From: a virus
Lineage: Duplodnaviria > Caudoviricetes
IMG/VR virus record: IMGVR_UViG_3300044452_000142
Coordinates: 1-46,762 of that record
DNA length: 46,762 nt
Reading direction: 5' to 3' (one strand)
The stretch's first letter is position 1; every line of letters starts with the position of its first letter. The position numbers were made by a program, and so were the translations under genes. Shown here piece after piece: positions 6,487 to 15,674 of this stretch. The notes under the pieces were generated by a model. It was not told where the DNA came from. It saw only the letters and a program-made list of their open reading frames with translations, and ran no database searches.

Positions 6487-7162
6487 CAAAGCATTAGCGG
6501 ATGGCCATAAAACATATCTGCGCAAGTTAGCAAAAAAAACGGGGTTTACTTGTTTTAGAATTAGGGGGAACCTATCAATGCGACGATACATAGAGGGAAA
6601 AAATCCAAGTGATCGTATCGCTAACAAATTTTTGAGCGGTCGAGACTTCAAGGAGGATTGCAACACAATTCCACGGCATCGGTTATCAGGGAATGACTTG
6701 TATTTCTATGGCCGTCGGATCGCTTGGATAGACCGCGATTTGGGAGAATTGCACATTTTTAGCGGGTTCCCCCGCGGTAATAGCCACACGACCAAGCATC
6801 GCAAGGAAGCTTTGCGAAAAGCAGCTATAGAGCGCGGCGTGCACGTCGTCGAGATCAATCAGGAGTATCCAGATATGGATAAAACTGAAAACACTAGGCA
6901 AATTTGGTATGGGGTTAAGCACAAACCCACGGGCGGGTACATGCCAAAGATGGAACCGGGAAATCATAGCCATTGGAGCCCGAGCCCTGAAAATACCCGG
7001 CCGCGTCTCTTTGATAACGAGAAAAACGCACAAACGGCAATGACAGCGTGGGCCAAAGGTGTGTATCGCCCGCAGAAACACGGACATATAAAAATCGAAC
7101 ACGACGCATCGCGAAATCGAAACGATCTTGAGATTGTTTCATTTACTGTTAAGGAAATATAA
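6479..7162 (+). CDS. Two-domain hypothetical protein
   Basis: 227-aa ORF overlapping the upstream gene end. Confidence 0.75.
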   Translation: MANKALADGHKTYLRKLAKKTGFTCFRIRGNLSMRRYIEGKNPSDRIANKFLSGRDFKEDCNTIPRHRLSGNDLYFYGRRIAWIDRDLGELHIFSGFPRGNSHTTKHRKEALRKAAIERGVHVVEINQEYPDMDKTENTRQIWYGVKHKPTGGYMPKMEPGNHSHWSPSPENTRPRLFDNEKNAQTAMTAWAKGVYRPQKHGHIKIEHDASRNRNDLEIVSFTVKEI

Positions 7163-7177
7163 TAGGAAAATGTGAAA

Positions 7178-7342
7178 ATGATTGAGAAAGAAGACATAGA
7201 CAGGCAAACGAAAAAAGAACTAAAACAGCGGGATGAAGAACATATGGAAAAACTCAAGAACTTATTAGAGCACATGATAAGAGCTGAGCTACGTAAAAAC
7301 CCTTCTCTATGGACACCTGTAGAACATAATAGGAAGGCGTAA
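7178..7342 (+). CDS. Small hypothetical protein (54 aa, not in the ORF track)
   Basis: AGGA RBS; MIEKEDIDRQTKKELKQR...; first 10 aa identical to the next gene. Confidence 0.62.
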   Translation: MIEKEDIDRQTKKELKQRDEEHMEKLKNLLEHMIRAELRKNPSLWTPVEHNRKA

Positions 7343-7344
7343 AA

Positions 7345-7572
7345 ATGATCGAGAAAGAAGACATAGACAGGCAGCAAAAGTTAAATTGCGCGCAGCCGAT
7401 AAGTTTTGATTCTTCGGTTCAACTGCCCGGTAAAATTCTTTTGCATGCTGCCGCTGATGGAACAGAGACTTTAGAGCCCCTTCCGTTTACGCCAAAAGAA
7501 TCATTTTTAAGAAAAATTATTAAACGTTTGTGGGCTTTAAAAATTGCTCTACAAAACAATTGCGCATCTTAA
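7345..7572 (+). CDS. Hypothetical protein
   Basis: 75-aa ORF with an AGGA(AGG) RBS. Confidence 0.62.
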   Translation: MIEKEDIDRQQKLNCAQPISFDSSVQLPGKILLHAAADGTETLEPLPFTPKESFLRKIIKRLWALKIALQNNCAS

Positions 7573-7626
7573 TCTCAATCCTTAATCAAACCCATTCGAA
7601 CCCCGTAAAGACAGGAAAATCCAGTC

Positions 7627-9531
7627 ATGGATGACGCATATTTGCCCCCTAAGCCCCTTTTTGAAACACCTATTGCACGTGAAATTTGGGATAAAAAATA
7701 TAGGTTTAAAGACCCCGGCGGCACGCCTATCGATCAAGACGTCACGGATACGTGGCGACGAATCGCGCGCGATCTTGCAAAAGTCGAAAAAGATCCTGAT
7801 CGCTGGGAAAAAATTTTCTATTCGGCGTTAGAAGATTTTAAATTTTTGCCCGCGGGACGAATAATAGCAGGAGCGGGCACAGGGCGCGATGTCACTTTGT
7901 TCAACTGTTTCGTAATGGGAACAGTGCCAGACAGTATTGACGGCATTTTCGAACATCTTAAAGAAGCCGCCAAAACGATGCAACAAGGCGGCGGAATTGG
8001 CTACGATTTTTCAACGATACGGCCAAAAGGCGCTCTTGTGAAAGGTGTCGGAGCCGACGCCTCGGGACCTTTATCTTTTATGGATTGCTGGGATTCAATG
8101 TGCAGGACGATCATGTCTGCGGGCAATCGACGTGGCGCGATGATGGCCACAATGCGTTGCGACCATCCGGATATTGAAGATTTCATCCAAGCAAAACAAG
8201 ACCCTAACCGATTACGCATGTTTAATTTGTCGGTTTTAGTTACTGACAAATTCATGAATGCTGTAAAAAATAATGAACGGTGGCCGCTAAAGCATACCGC
8301 TCCTTCACAAAAAGTTGATTACGGTGGGCCGGATAACGAAAACCGCTACACGCATAAGTTTGTCGGCGCGCGGGAACTTTGGAATAAAATCATGCAATCG
8401 ACGTATGATTATGCTGAGCCTGGCGTGATATTCATTGATCGGATCAACAAGACTAATAATTTAAATTATGTTGAAACGATCTCAGCAACAAACCCGTGCG
8501 GCGAGCAGCCATTGCCGCCTTATGGTGCGTGCCTTTTGGGTTCTATTAATCTAACGCGGTTTGCCATTAATCTGTTTTGCGACGATCTGTTTTATAATTC
8601 CAGTGATCGCGCACGCGAGCATATTGATTGGACAGAACTGAGTCGCGTTGTCAAAATAGCGGTTCGTATGCTGGACAATGTCATTGACGTGTCTAAATTT
8701 CCCTTGGAAAAACAACAAAAAGAAGCAAAAGCAAAACGCCGTATCGGTCTAGGTGTGACAGGGCTGGCCGATATGTTGGCGATGTGCAATCTTACATATG
8801 GATCTTCGGACGCTATTAGTTTTTGCAAGGAAATAATGGCTTGCATAACTAAAACAGCATATGAAGAATCAATTGATCTAGCGAAAGAAAAAGGCGCGTT
8901 TCCGGCGTTTAAATCATACCGTTTCATAGCTGCGGGAACTTTTGCTTCCAAGCTTCCTGATCGTATCAAAAATTCAATATTGCAACACGGTATACGTAAT
9001 TCACATTTGACTTCAATTGCACCGACAGGAACAATATCGCTTCTCGCGGGAAATATATCATCAGGAATTGAACCAATATTTGCGACTGAATATGAAAGAA
9101 AAATTCTGCAAAAAGACGGATCAAAGACGACACAAACCGTTAGAGATTATGCATTTTCGTTGTGGGAGGACCAATATCAGGTGCTTACTTATGAAAGCGC
9201 GCCAGAAACGTTTGTAACCGCACAAGACTTGCCCCCCGAAGCCCATATAAAAATGCAAGCGGCCGTTCAAGAATGGGTTGATAGTTCGATATCAAAGACG
9301 ATTAACTTGCCTGAAACCATATCTTTTGAAGATTTTCAAAACGTGTATTTTGAAGCATACGCGAACGGGTGCAAAGGGTGCACGACGTACCGTCCGAATG
9401 CAGTGACCGGGTCGGTTATCTCCGTGAAAGAACAAAAAGAGGCATGTCCTGAATGCGGAAGTAAAAACTATAAGAGCGAGGGCGGCTGTTCTACATGTGC
9501 GGATTGTGGATATTCTGTATGTGGAGTGTAA
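7627..9531 (+). CDS. nrdJ: Class II (adenosylcobalamin-dependent) ribonucleotide reductase
   Basis: TLFNCFV, GGGIGYDFS, TNPCGEQPL, IAPTGTIS and SSISKTIN motifs; C-terminal CxxC...CxxC ribbon; no small-subunit gene. Confidence 0.93.
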   Translation: MDDAYLPPKPLFETPIAREIWDKKYRFKDPGGTPIDQDVTDTWRRIARDLAKVEKDPDRWEKIFYSALEDFKFLPAGRIIAGAGTGRDVTLFNCFVMGTVPDSIDGIFEHLKEAAKTMQQGGGIGYDFSTIRPKGALVKGVGADASGPLSFMDCWDSMCRTIMSAGNRRGAMMATMRCDHPDIEDFIQAKQDPNRLRMFNLSVLVTDKFMNAVKNNERWPLKHTAPSQKVDYGGPDNENRYTHKFVGARELWNKIMQSTYDYAEPGVIFIDRINKTNNLNYVETISATNPCGEQPLPPYGACLLGSINLTRFAINLFCDDLFYNSSDRAREHIDWTELSRVVKIAVRMLDNVIDVSKFPLEKQQKEAKAKRRIGLGVTGLADMLAMCNLTYGSSDAISFCKEIMACITKTAYEESIDLAKEKGAFPAFKSYRFIAAGTFASKLPDRIKNSILQHGIRNSHLTSIAPTGTISLLAGNISSGIEPIFATEYERKILQKDGSKTTQTVRDYAFSLWEDQYQVLTYESAPETFVTAQDLPPEAHIKMQAAVQEWVDSSISKTINLPETISFEDFQNVYFEAYANGCKGCTTYRPNAVTGSVISVKEQKEACPECGSKNYKSEGGCSTCADCGYSVCGV

Positions 9532-9532
9532 G

Positions 9533-10240
9533 ATGAAATACGGTACGATCTATTGCGACGATTGTTTGAAGGTAATGAAAAAGCTTCCTGAAAAATCAAT
9601 AAAAACAATAGTTACGTCCCCGCCGTATAATATTAGAACCAGCACAAATTCAAATATGAAAAGTAATCATAGTATTAAAGATCGCCGCAGTAGTAAATGG
9701 CCTAATGCTTCCCTTCGTGCCGGATATGATACGCACGACGATTCTATGCCTCATTCTGATTATGTTGATTGGCAACGCGACTGTTTGACGGCGATGATGC
9801 GATTGCTGCAAGACGATGGAGCGATATTCTATAACCACAAATGGCGGGTTCAAAATGGCCTGCTGCAAGATCGTCATGACATTGTGGACGGGTTTCCAGT
9901 ACGACAAGTCATTATTTGGCAAAGGAGTGGCGGTATCAACTTCAACCCCAGATATTTTCTGCCCACATATGAAGTGATTTACCTTATTGCGAAACCGAAG
10001 TTTAAATTAGCCCCAAAGGCGAACGCGCTTGGCGACGTTTGGTCTATTCCTCAGGAGCAAAACAACCCCCACCCTGCCCCCTTTCCGCTAAAATTAGCAC
10101 AACGTTGCGTAGGATCTGTAAACGACGGCACCGTTCTTGATCCGTTTTTGGGCAGCGGAACAACTGCTCTTGCTGTGGAATTATTAGGGCGAGAATGGAT
10201 TGGAATTGACGCATCCAGTGAGGATTTTCACAGACGTTAA
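9533..10240 (+). CDS. DNA N4-cytosine/N6-adenine methyltransferase (beta-class)
   Basis: TSPPY catalytic motif precedes HPAPFP and VLDPFLGSGTT. Confidence 0.9.
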   Translation: MKYGTIYCDDCLKVMKKLPEKSIKTIVTSPPYNIRTSTNSNMKSNHSIKDRRSSKWPNASLRAGYDTHDDSMPHSDYVDWQRDCLTAMMRLLQDDGAIFYNHKWRVQNGLLQDRHDIVDGFPVRQVIIWQRSGGINFNPRYFLPTYEVIYLIAKPKFKLAPKANALGDVWSIPQEQNNPHPAPFPLKLAQRCVGSVNDGTVLDPFLGSGTTALAVELLGREWIGIDASSEDFHRR

Positions 10241-10247
10241 AATCTAC

Positions 10248-10275
10248 TTGATTTTTACGCGACTTGTGCTATGAT
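10248..10275 (+). promoter_or_regulatory. Putative extended -10 promoter
   Basis: TTGATT-16-TATGAT with TGn immediately before the -10. Confidence 0.45.
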
Positions 10276-10304
10276 CAATTAACTAGCAATGACGGGAGAT
10301 TGGT

Positions 10305-10673
10305 ATGGCTAAAATAGGGTCACACATCCAAGAAGCTACGGCGAAAATCACGAATGCATCGTCGTCAATTAACGCTAAAGGGTTTGCGTTTGCTGAAATA
10401 ATTGATACCAGAAAATCTATTTATATTCCCAAAAACGTTGCTGATTGTTACGGTATTAACGTTACGCATATCGGCCGCGTCGCTAAAATTCGCTATTCTG
10501 TTGAAAAAGACGGCGGGCTTGTTGCGCAAGCTATTGATTTTATCGTTGCTAATTTTCCTGAGCGCGCCGGCGGCAATCTTGTAGAAGAATTGGCCAAAAT
10601 TAACCAAGAACTAGCTTTGATTCAGCACCGAATTGACAGGCTACTCAAAAAATACGATAAAAAAGCAGCTTAA
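10305..10673 (+). CDS. Hypothetical protein, possible OB/cold-shock-like fold plus coiled coil
   Basis: GGGAG RBS; KGFAFA...IYIP resembles RNP1/RNP2 motifs. Confidence 0.6.
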   Translation: MAKIGSHIQEATAKITNASSSINAKGFAFAEIIDTRKSIYIPKNVADCYGINVTHIGRVAKIRYSVEKDGGLVAQAIDFIVANFPERAGGNLVEELAKINQELALIQHRIDRLLKKYDKKAA

Positions 10674-11015
10674 CTAAGCTTTAGTTTGCGTGCTGTCTGC
10701 GAGAATCTGCCGGACTTTGGCAAATGTCTCTTTGAAATTTTCGTTATTTTTCGCACGATCTATGCAGTCGCTTGCAATACTCAAATATGCCGCGCCATCG
10801 ACATAGCTATCGCGGTGGCGCGGATTAGCTTTAGCTCTTACCAATTTAGTTGCAACATGCATCAGAGCAACTTCATACGCGCTCAGATCGCGCCCGGTAA
10901 TTAGATTAAAAATTTTCGCGATACGTTCATGATTTTCTGCAGCGTCGCCGTATAAGTTTTTTCGGTCGCCGTGCTTTAAATCATGTGCTTCTTCTAAAAC
11001 ATCTTTATCCGGCAT
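10674..11015 (-). CDS. DUF6378-like phage protein
   Basis: GDRxxxYGDxxENHERIA...KLVR...HRDSYVDGAAY pattern. Confidence 0.8.
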   Translation of the reverse strand: MPDKDVLEEAHDLKHGDRKNLYGDAAENHERIAKIFNLITGRDLSAYEVALMHVATKLVRAKANPRHRDSYVDGAAYLSIASDCIDRAKNNENFKETFAKVRQILADSTQTKA

Positions 11016-11018
11016 TTT

Positions 11019-13292
11019 CTAACCCACTGTCTTCGTGTAATATGAATTATCGCTGATCTCGACGGCTAACGGTAACGTCTTGGCCCATACCGGCCTTGTA
11101 GTCATTGCTGATAGCAGTTCTCGCTGCGTTCTTTTGACATTTTCGTCAACGCCGCTATGGCCTTTGGTTTCGATAATGATTTCATCATGCGTATGGCCGA
11201 TGACGACAGCGGGGTCGCTTAGAGATTTGCTTAGATTCACTAAACATTCACGTAAAATTGATCCAGCAGTAGCTTGCGTGATATTTTCAGCAAGTACGCC
11301 ATACCAAAGCGAGCGTCTTTCATACCCTCGTTGATACGTCAATTCTAAGCGCGTATATTTGTTTCCCTTATCATCTTCACGCTCGCGATTTTCCCATTTT
11401 AAGCGCGGGTAAATGAGTGGTCGGCCGTCCGGCAAAAAACAAAACATCGAACCGTTCATGTATTCTTTTTGAAAAACGTATACGACTTCTCCAACATTAA
11501 ACGGTGTGCCGGGGCTGTTAAACGCCGCTAAAAAAGTAGACCAAAGATCATTCCAAAACTTCACCGCCCAATTGTTGTTTTCTCGCCACTTGTCGATAAT
11601 GTTGCTACGTTCGTCTTTGGACAACGAAATATTGTACGCAGTAGCCATTCCTTGTAATGCGCCATGCCCACCACCAAAACCTAGCGACAAAACGCCAATC
11701 TTTCCCATTGTGCGCATACTCGCGGCGTCTTTGTCTTTTGACCGATATTTTTCCCATAAATCTACTGCGTCAACCCCATAGATTTTGGCTGCCTCGCGAA
11801 CGTATATGTCAGGTTCTGTTTTGTCTTCATCCGACTTGCGCATCACGTCTAGAACTTCGTTACCCCCCGACGATTTTGAAAGCCACGGCAACACACGCGC
11901 TTCAATAGCCGACCAATCACCCCATACGAGGATTTGCCCCCACGATATGTTATGAATGGCCGGTCGAATTAGACGCGACAAAGCGCGTCCCGGCGAGCCA
12001 AATTCATGATTAAATTCATCGAGAATCTCAGGATCGTTGTCCGTTTCTTCTAATTCTTCAATGAAGTCTATGGCTCTTGATTCAAGATTTTTGTCGCGCC
12101 CTTCTATCCCCACATAGGCACGTGTTAAGTTTTGAACTTGAACGCCTCGCGATGAAAAACGACCTGTCTGATTTGCGCCGTTAAAGACATATTGTCCGCA
12201 AAGACGATCACCCGCCGACAACATCGGTAATATTTTTTGGAATTTTTTTGGCGTTGCTGAGGCGCCATATAGCCGAACGTCAAGTAACTGTAAGACATCG
12301 TATTCGTCGTCTGTTAGCCCGTGTTCATCATCTAGCCTGTTGAGATACAATATTAATTTTTGTACGCGGTCGCGCTCTAACGATAGTGATGCTACGGCTA
12401 AATCACCTTCTTCATCTTCTTCATATTTTTTGACCAGAATATCGTGCGCTTCCGGCAAATGGTCTATTCTATCTGCAACCCACTTTGCCAAGGCGCCATG
12501 CTGATTTACTGAATAACAAGCATTTTGCGTAAGTTGCTTAACTTTTTTTTCAACGTCGGCCAAATATATTTTCGAAAGATCGTTTGCACGTTTGACAAAA
12601 TCGACATCTATCGGCAAGCCAATATCATTAATTTCTTCACTTACCCAAAATTGTTCCCATTCAAAAGACCAGAGGGGTCGTGTTGAGAAAAACACATTGC
12701 GCAATTCGTCGGTGTCGACTTCGGCATATTCTATGAATTTCGCCCATTCTTCGGGACGTGTTTGTGGTGTCGCGCCATCCGCCGCCGCGAATAAATTAAT
12801 GTAGCTTTTCCCCGCGTTGATCTTGCCTGCGCGGCCGATTTTCTGCGAAGCGCCGTCTAGCTTGGCGGGAAGGTTAGACGCGACGGCTTGCGCCATCGCG
12901 TCCAAAACGCAGCGAACAGGGAGTATGGGAATGGATTCGCCGCATTCATTTTTAATTCCGTTGTTCGAAACATGGCGGTCAAAAAAACTGTTCCAAGCAA
13001 CTAGCCAAGCTTGGCCTTTGCGCGCGCGTTCGATGTGCTCAAGCAATTCAGGCGGCGCGTCACGCCAGTTCAGCCGATCATCAAAGTTTTCTACACTCCA
13101 CGTTTTTACAGGTCCGTCTCTGCCGATGCAATATGTTAATATTGTCACAAACGACGAATTGCTGTATCGGGCCGCGCCAGATTTTGTCACGTCCCCCCAA
13201 TCTGGATTCGCAAGATTAGGGAGCGCGCGCGTTTCTGTATCCCAGAACAAAAAGTCGTTCGGGTTTTCAGACAACGTATGCAAGTCGGTCAT
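11019..13292 (-). CDS. polA: Family A DNA polymerase with 3'-5' exonuclease domain
   Basis: Exo I DTET; TGRFSS; motif A DWSAIEAR; motif B RxxxKxxxLxxxFG; motif C HDEI. Confidence 0.93.
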   Translation of the reverse strand: MTDLHTLSENPNDFLFWDTETRALPNLANPDWGDVTKSGAARYSNSSFVTILTYCIGRDGPVKTWSVENFDDRLNWRDAPPELLEHIERARKGQAWLVAWNSFFDRHVSNNGIKNECGESIPILPVRCVLDAMAQAVASNLPAKLDGASQKIGRAGKINAGKSYINLFAAADGATPQTRPEEWAKFIEYAEVDTDELRNVFFSTRPLWSFEWEQFWVSEEINDIGLPIDVDFVKRANDLSKIYLADVEKKVKQLTQNACYSVNQHGALAKWVADRIDHLPEAHDILVKKYEEDEEGDLAVASLSLERDRVQKLILYLNRLDDEHGLTDDEYDVLQLLDVRLYGASATPKKFQKILPMLSAGDRLCGQYVFNGANQTGRFSSRGVQVQNLTRAYVGIEGRDKNLESRAIDFIEELEETDNDPEILDEFNHEFGSPGRALSRLIRPAIHNISWGQILVWGDWSAIEARVLPWLSKSSGGNEVLDVMRKSDEDKTEPDIYVREAAKIYGVDAVDLWEKYRSKDKDAASMRTMGKIGVLSLGFGGGHGALQGMATAYNISLSKDERSNIIDKWRENNNWAVKFWNDLWSTFLAAFNSPGTPFNVGEVVYVFQKEYMNGSMFCFLPDGRPLIYPRLKWENREREDDKGNKYTRLELTYQRGYERRSLWYGVLAENITQATAGSILRECLVNLSKSLSDPAVVIGHTHDEIIIETKGHSGVDENVKRTQRELLSAMTTRPVWAKTLPLAVEISDNSYYTKTVG

Positions 13293-13306
13293 GACTAACG
13301 CTGTAG

Positions 13307-14056
13307 CTATTCGGCGGGTTCTGCCAATGCCCGACGGCGTCTCCGCCGACCTGAAACAGGACTAGGCTCTTCATCGGTTACATCAATTGCTTCTACAGCA
13401 ATTGTTGACGGATCAAGATCCAACGTGGCAAGAGGATTTGACTCATTTTCATCCACCCAGCCACAAATGCTAAATTCGGGAGTCGATATTTGCCGGTAAA
13501 GCTTGTGCGTGTACTCAGATGATTTTAAATTTATTACGGGGCAAAATTTTTTCCCTCCTTTTCTTTCCACTTGAAGAGATATTTGCTCCAAGAGACGTCT
13601 CATTAAAGACCGACCGCCAGCGGAAGTGGTTTTGTAAAGTAGCTTCGTTTGATCGTAGTTCCCACCTAGAATAGTTAATTCTATGCTTATCTGCGGTTTC
13701 CATTCTGCCTCGTTGTTAGTCATCGGATCTACTTTTTTCGGCATATCAGAAATTCTTAATTCTGGTTCCCCCAAACCGACCGTTTCTTCGCCTAAATTTT
13801 CGTTTTTTTGATTTTGGCGATTTGTCCAGCAGGTAAAACCGTTTCTCACAGAAAACGGATCTGCCAACAAATAATCTTTTGTCTCTACTTTAATATCGTC
13901 CCGCCCAAAAAGCCAATTCCCCCTGATAAACTTCAGGTATTGTAGACCGTCACTTCCTGAAGCAGGTATTGTCGATTGAACTCTTTTCAGACTGTTAAGA
14001 ATTGCTGAGGCGCCCTGTTCTGCGATTGATTTTTTGTCTTCAGTTACCATATCCAT
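13307..14056 (-). CDS. Putative ssDNA-binding protein
   Basis: Lies between DUF2800 and PolA; beta-rich core with an acidic then Arg-rich tail. Confidence 0.55.
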   Translation of the reverse strand: MDMVTEDKKSIAEQGASAILNSLKRVQSTIPASGSDGLQYLKFIRGNWLFGRDDIKVETKDYLLADPFSVRNGFTCWTNRQNQKNENLGEETVGLGEPELRISDMPKKVDPMTNNEAEWKPQISIELTILGGNYDQTKLLYKTTSAGGRSLMRRLLEQISLQVERKGGKKFCPVINLKSSEYTHKLYRQISTPEFSICGWVDENESNPLATLDLDPSTIAVEAIDVTDEEPSPVSGRRRRRRALAEPAE

Positions 14057-14062
14057 CTTTCT

Positions 14063-15364
14063 TTACCCCTCTATAACCGCCGCACCCGCGACGCTTTCTG
14101 CCAAGTTTTTCATGTGTTGGTTTGCTGTTTTCACTGGCTCATTGTCACTGTTTTCCTTCACTAAAGCGATTGTTTTCGTCGTCCGACAGCTGATCATACC
14201 TTCTGGAACTTCAATTCCAAGCTTTTCTATTTGCGGGACAGATAGAAATCTCCGCGGGTTATACTGATCGCTCCTAAGACCGTGCTCCTTGCGCAGCCAC
14301 CTAACGATTTTTTTCTGATCAACGCCCCATTCGCGCCGTCTTGTTTGTTTTTCTGTTAGCATCCACCCGTTAACGGATTGTGGATCTGATTCCAACAGCA
14401 ACCTTGCAACGGATCGAACTTCCTTGATCCAATCTTCTACATTTGCTGCAAGATCAAGCAATTCCGGCAATTGTTGACCAACATTTGGCGCGTCTTTTAA
14501 CTTGCCGCTTGCTTTTATCCCTAATATTTTTTTCGACAAAGTCAGCGCCGCGTCGGTATATAAGGGACATACGGCTTTGCATGGCGCAAACCGACACCAA
14601 TCGCCCTTAGCGATCGGCGCGTTAATGCCGTCCTTCTGCGCGGTCGTAATTGCTTCTTCAAGTTCTGCTTCAAAAAACAACAAGTCTCTAACGCTAGTCC
14701 CCCAAGTAACTGCGTCATGACCACGTTTTGGCTGCATGATCGTCAAAATTACTTCTCGATCGGGGTCTACCTCACTAGACTTGCCGTCTTTTGAAAATAT
14801 CTCCGGCAACGTCCGCAGCCCCGCAAGAGCATAAAACATCAATTGTGCATTTTCTTCGGCCTCGACAGGGTGCCTTCCGAATTTCCAATCCCAGACGCCG
14901 CTTAAATTTCCACAATGCCATATAATATCCGTCGTTCCGTATGCGCCCTCTATGCTCGGTATCTCGCAACGCTTCTCGACAAAAAAACTAAACTCGGCTC
15001 CGGTTTCTGCTTCAATTTCTTCAATGAAAGAATCAAAAGCATCTAGAGCAGGCGCTCCAAGTTCACTCCACAAACCGCGGTCAATGGTAAATTCCCAGGC
15101 TTCTTCTTCTTCTTCTTCTTCTCCGTCACGCGCTGGCTCTTTGTGCGTGAAAGGAATAATAGAATCCACGTCAAGTTCGGGATTTTCGAGCAAAAACGCC
15201 ATAAGTGCGTGAAGCGCCGTCCCCTCGCGCGCATACTTGCTGCTCGGAGCTTTAGGAACCAGCTTTTCGAGTTCATAACTGCGCGGGCACTCGATACGCC
15301 GTTCAGCGGTTGACCCGCCAACAACGTTTGAATGTTCTGGTATTGTGCTTTTTCCGTTTTCCAT
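14063..15364 (-). CDS. DUF2800/Cas4-like PD-(D/E)XK exonuclease
   Basis: EGTALH, GTTD...DWKFG, QLMFYA and WCRFAPCKAVCP motifs. Confidence 0.88.
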   Translation of the reverse strand: MENGKSTIPEHSNVVGGSTAERRIECPRSYELEKLVPKAPSSKYAREGTALHALMAFLLENPELDVDSIIPFTHKEPARDGEEEEEEEAWEFTIDRGLWSELGAPALDAFDSFIEEIEAETGAEFSFFVEKRCEIPSIEGAYGTTDIIWHCGNLSGVWDWKFGRHPVEAEENAQLMFYALAGLRTLPEIFSKDGKSSEVDPDREVILTIMQPKRGHDAVTWGTSVRDLLFFEAELEEAITTAQKDGINAPIAKGDWCRFAPCKAVCPLYTDAALTLSKKILGIKASGKLKDAPNVGQQLPELLDLAANVEDWIKEVRSVARLLLESDPQSVNGWMLTEKQTRRREWGVDQKKIVRWLRKEHGLRSDQYNPRRFLSVPQIEKLGIEVPEGMISCRTTKTIALVKENSDNEPVKTANQHMKNLAESVAGAAVIEG

Positions 15365-15379
15365 GTTCCATTTTCCTTG

Positions 15380-15610
15380 TCAATTAGCTGTCTCGCATAT
15401 CTCTTTTTCTCCTTCTCTTTTCAAAAAAAGAGGGTGCATCTTGACGCCTTCTATGGGTAAAGGCGGGAACTTGCCATTCCTGAGAAGATATTCGACGATG
15501 TGCGAAAGTTCCCACTTGCGCATCTTCGCTTCTGCCCTCAAAATTTTACGTGCCTCTCGGGTCAAAAATATCTTCTGCTGGAAGCGTGTGGGGTTTTTTG
15601 TTCGGGGCAT
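15380..15610 (-). CDS. Small basic DNA-binding protein, ribbon-helix-helix-like
   Basis: QKIFLTREARKILRAEAK...LSHIVEYLL pattern; first gene of the leftward operon. Confidence 0.6.
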   Translation of the reverse strand: MPRTKNPTRFQQKIFLTREARKILRAEAKMRKWELSHIVEYLLRNGKFPPLPIEGVKMHPLFLKREGEKEICETAN

Positions 15611-15632
15611 GGGCGGCCTAAAAAAGAATCAT

Positions 15633-15648
15633 TGTTTCACGTGAAATG
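15633..15648. promoter_or_regulatory. parS-like palindrome or operator
   Basis: TGTTTCACGTGAAATG matches TGTTTCACGTGAAACA at 14 of 16 positions. Confidence 0.5.
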
Positions 15649-15674
15649 TTAAGATAAAGTACCCGTCATGTCAA
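15646..15674 (-). promoter_or_regulatory. Leftward promoter of the PolA operon
   Basis: On the - strand: TTGACA-17-TAACAT. Confidence 0.65.

Noticed and set aside
7627-13292. Intein or intron in nrdJ or polA
   Set aside because: Both ORFs are continuous and of ordinary length, with no intein splice-junction or homing-endonuclease motifs seen.
14063-15364. Cas4-like nuclease as evidence of CRISPR-Cas
   Set aside because: DUF2800 nucleases are routine in this PolA replication module; no array or cas1/cas2 is present.
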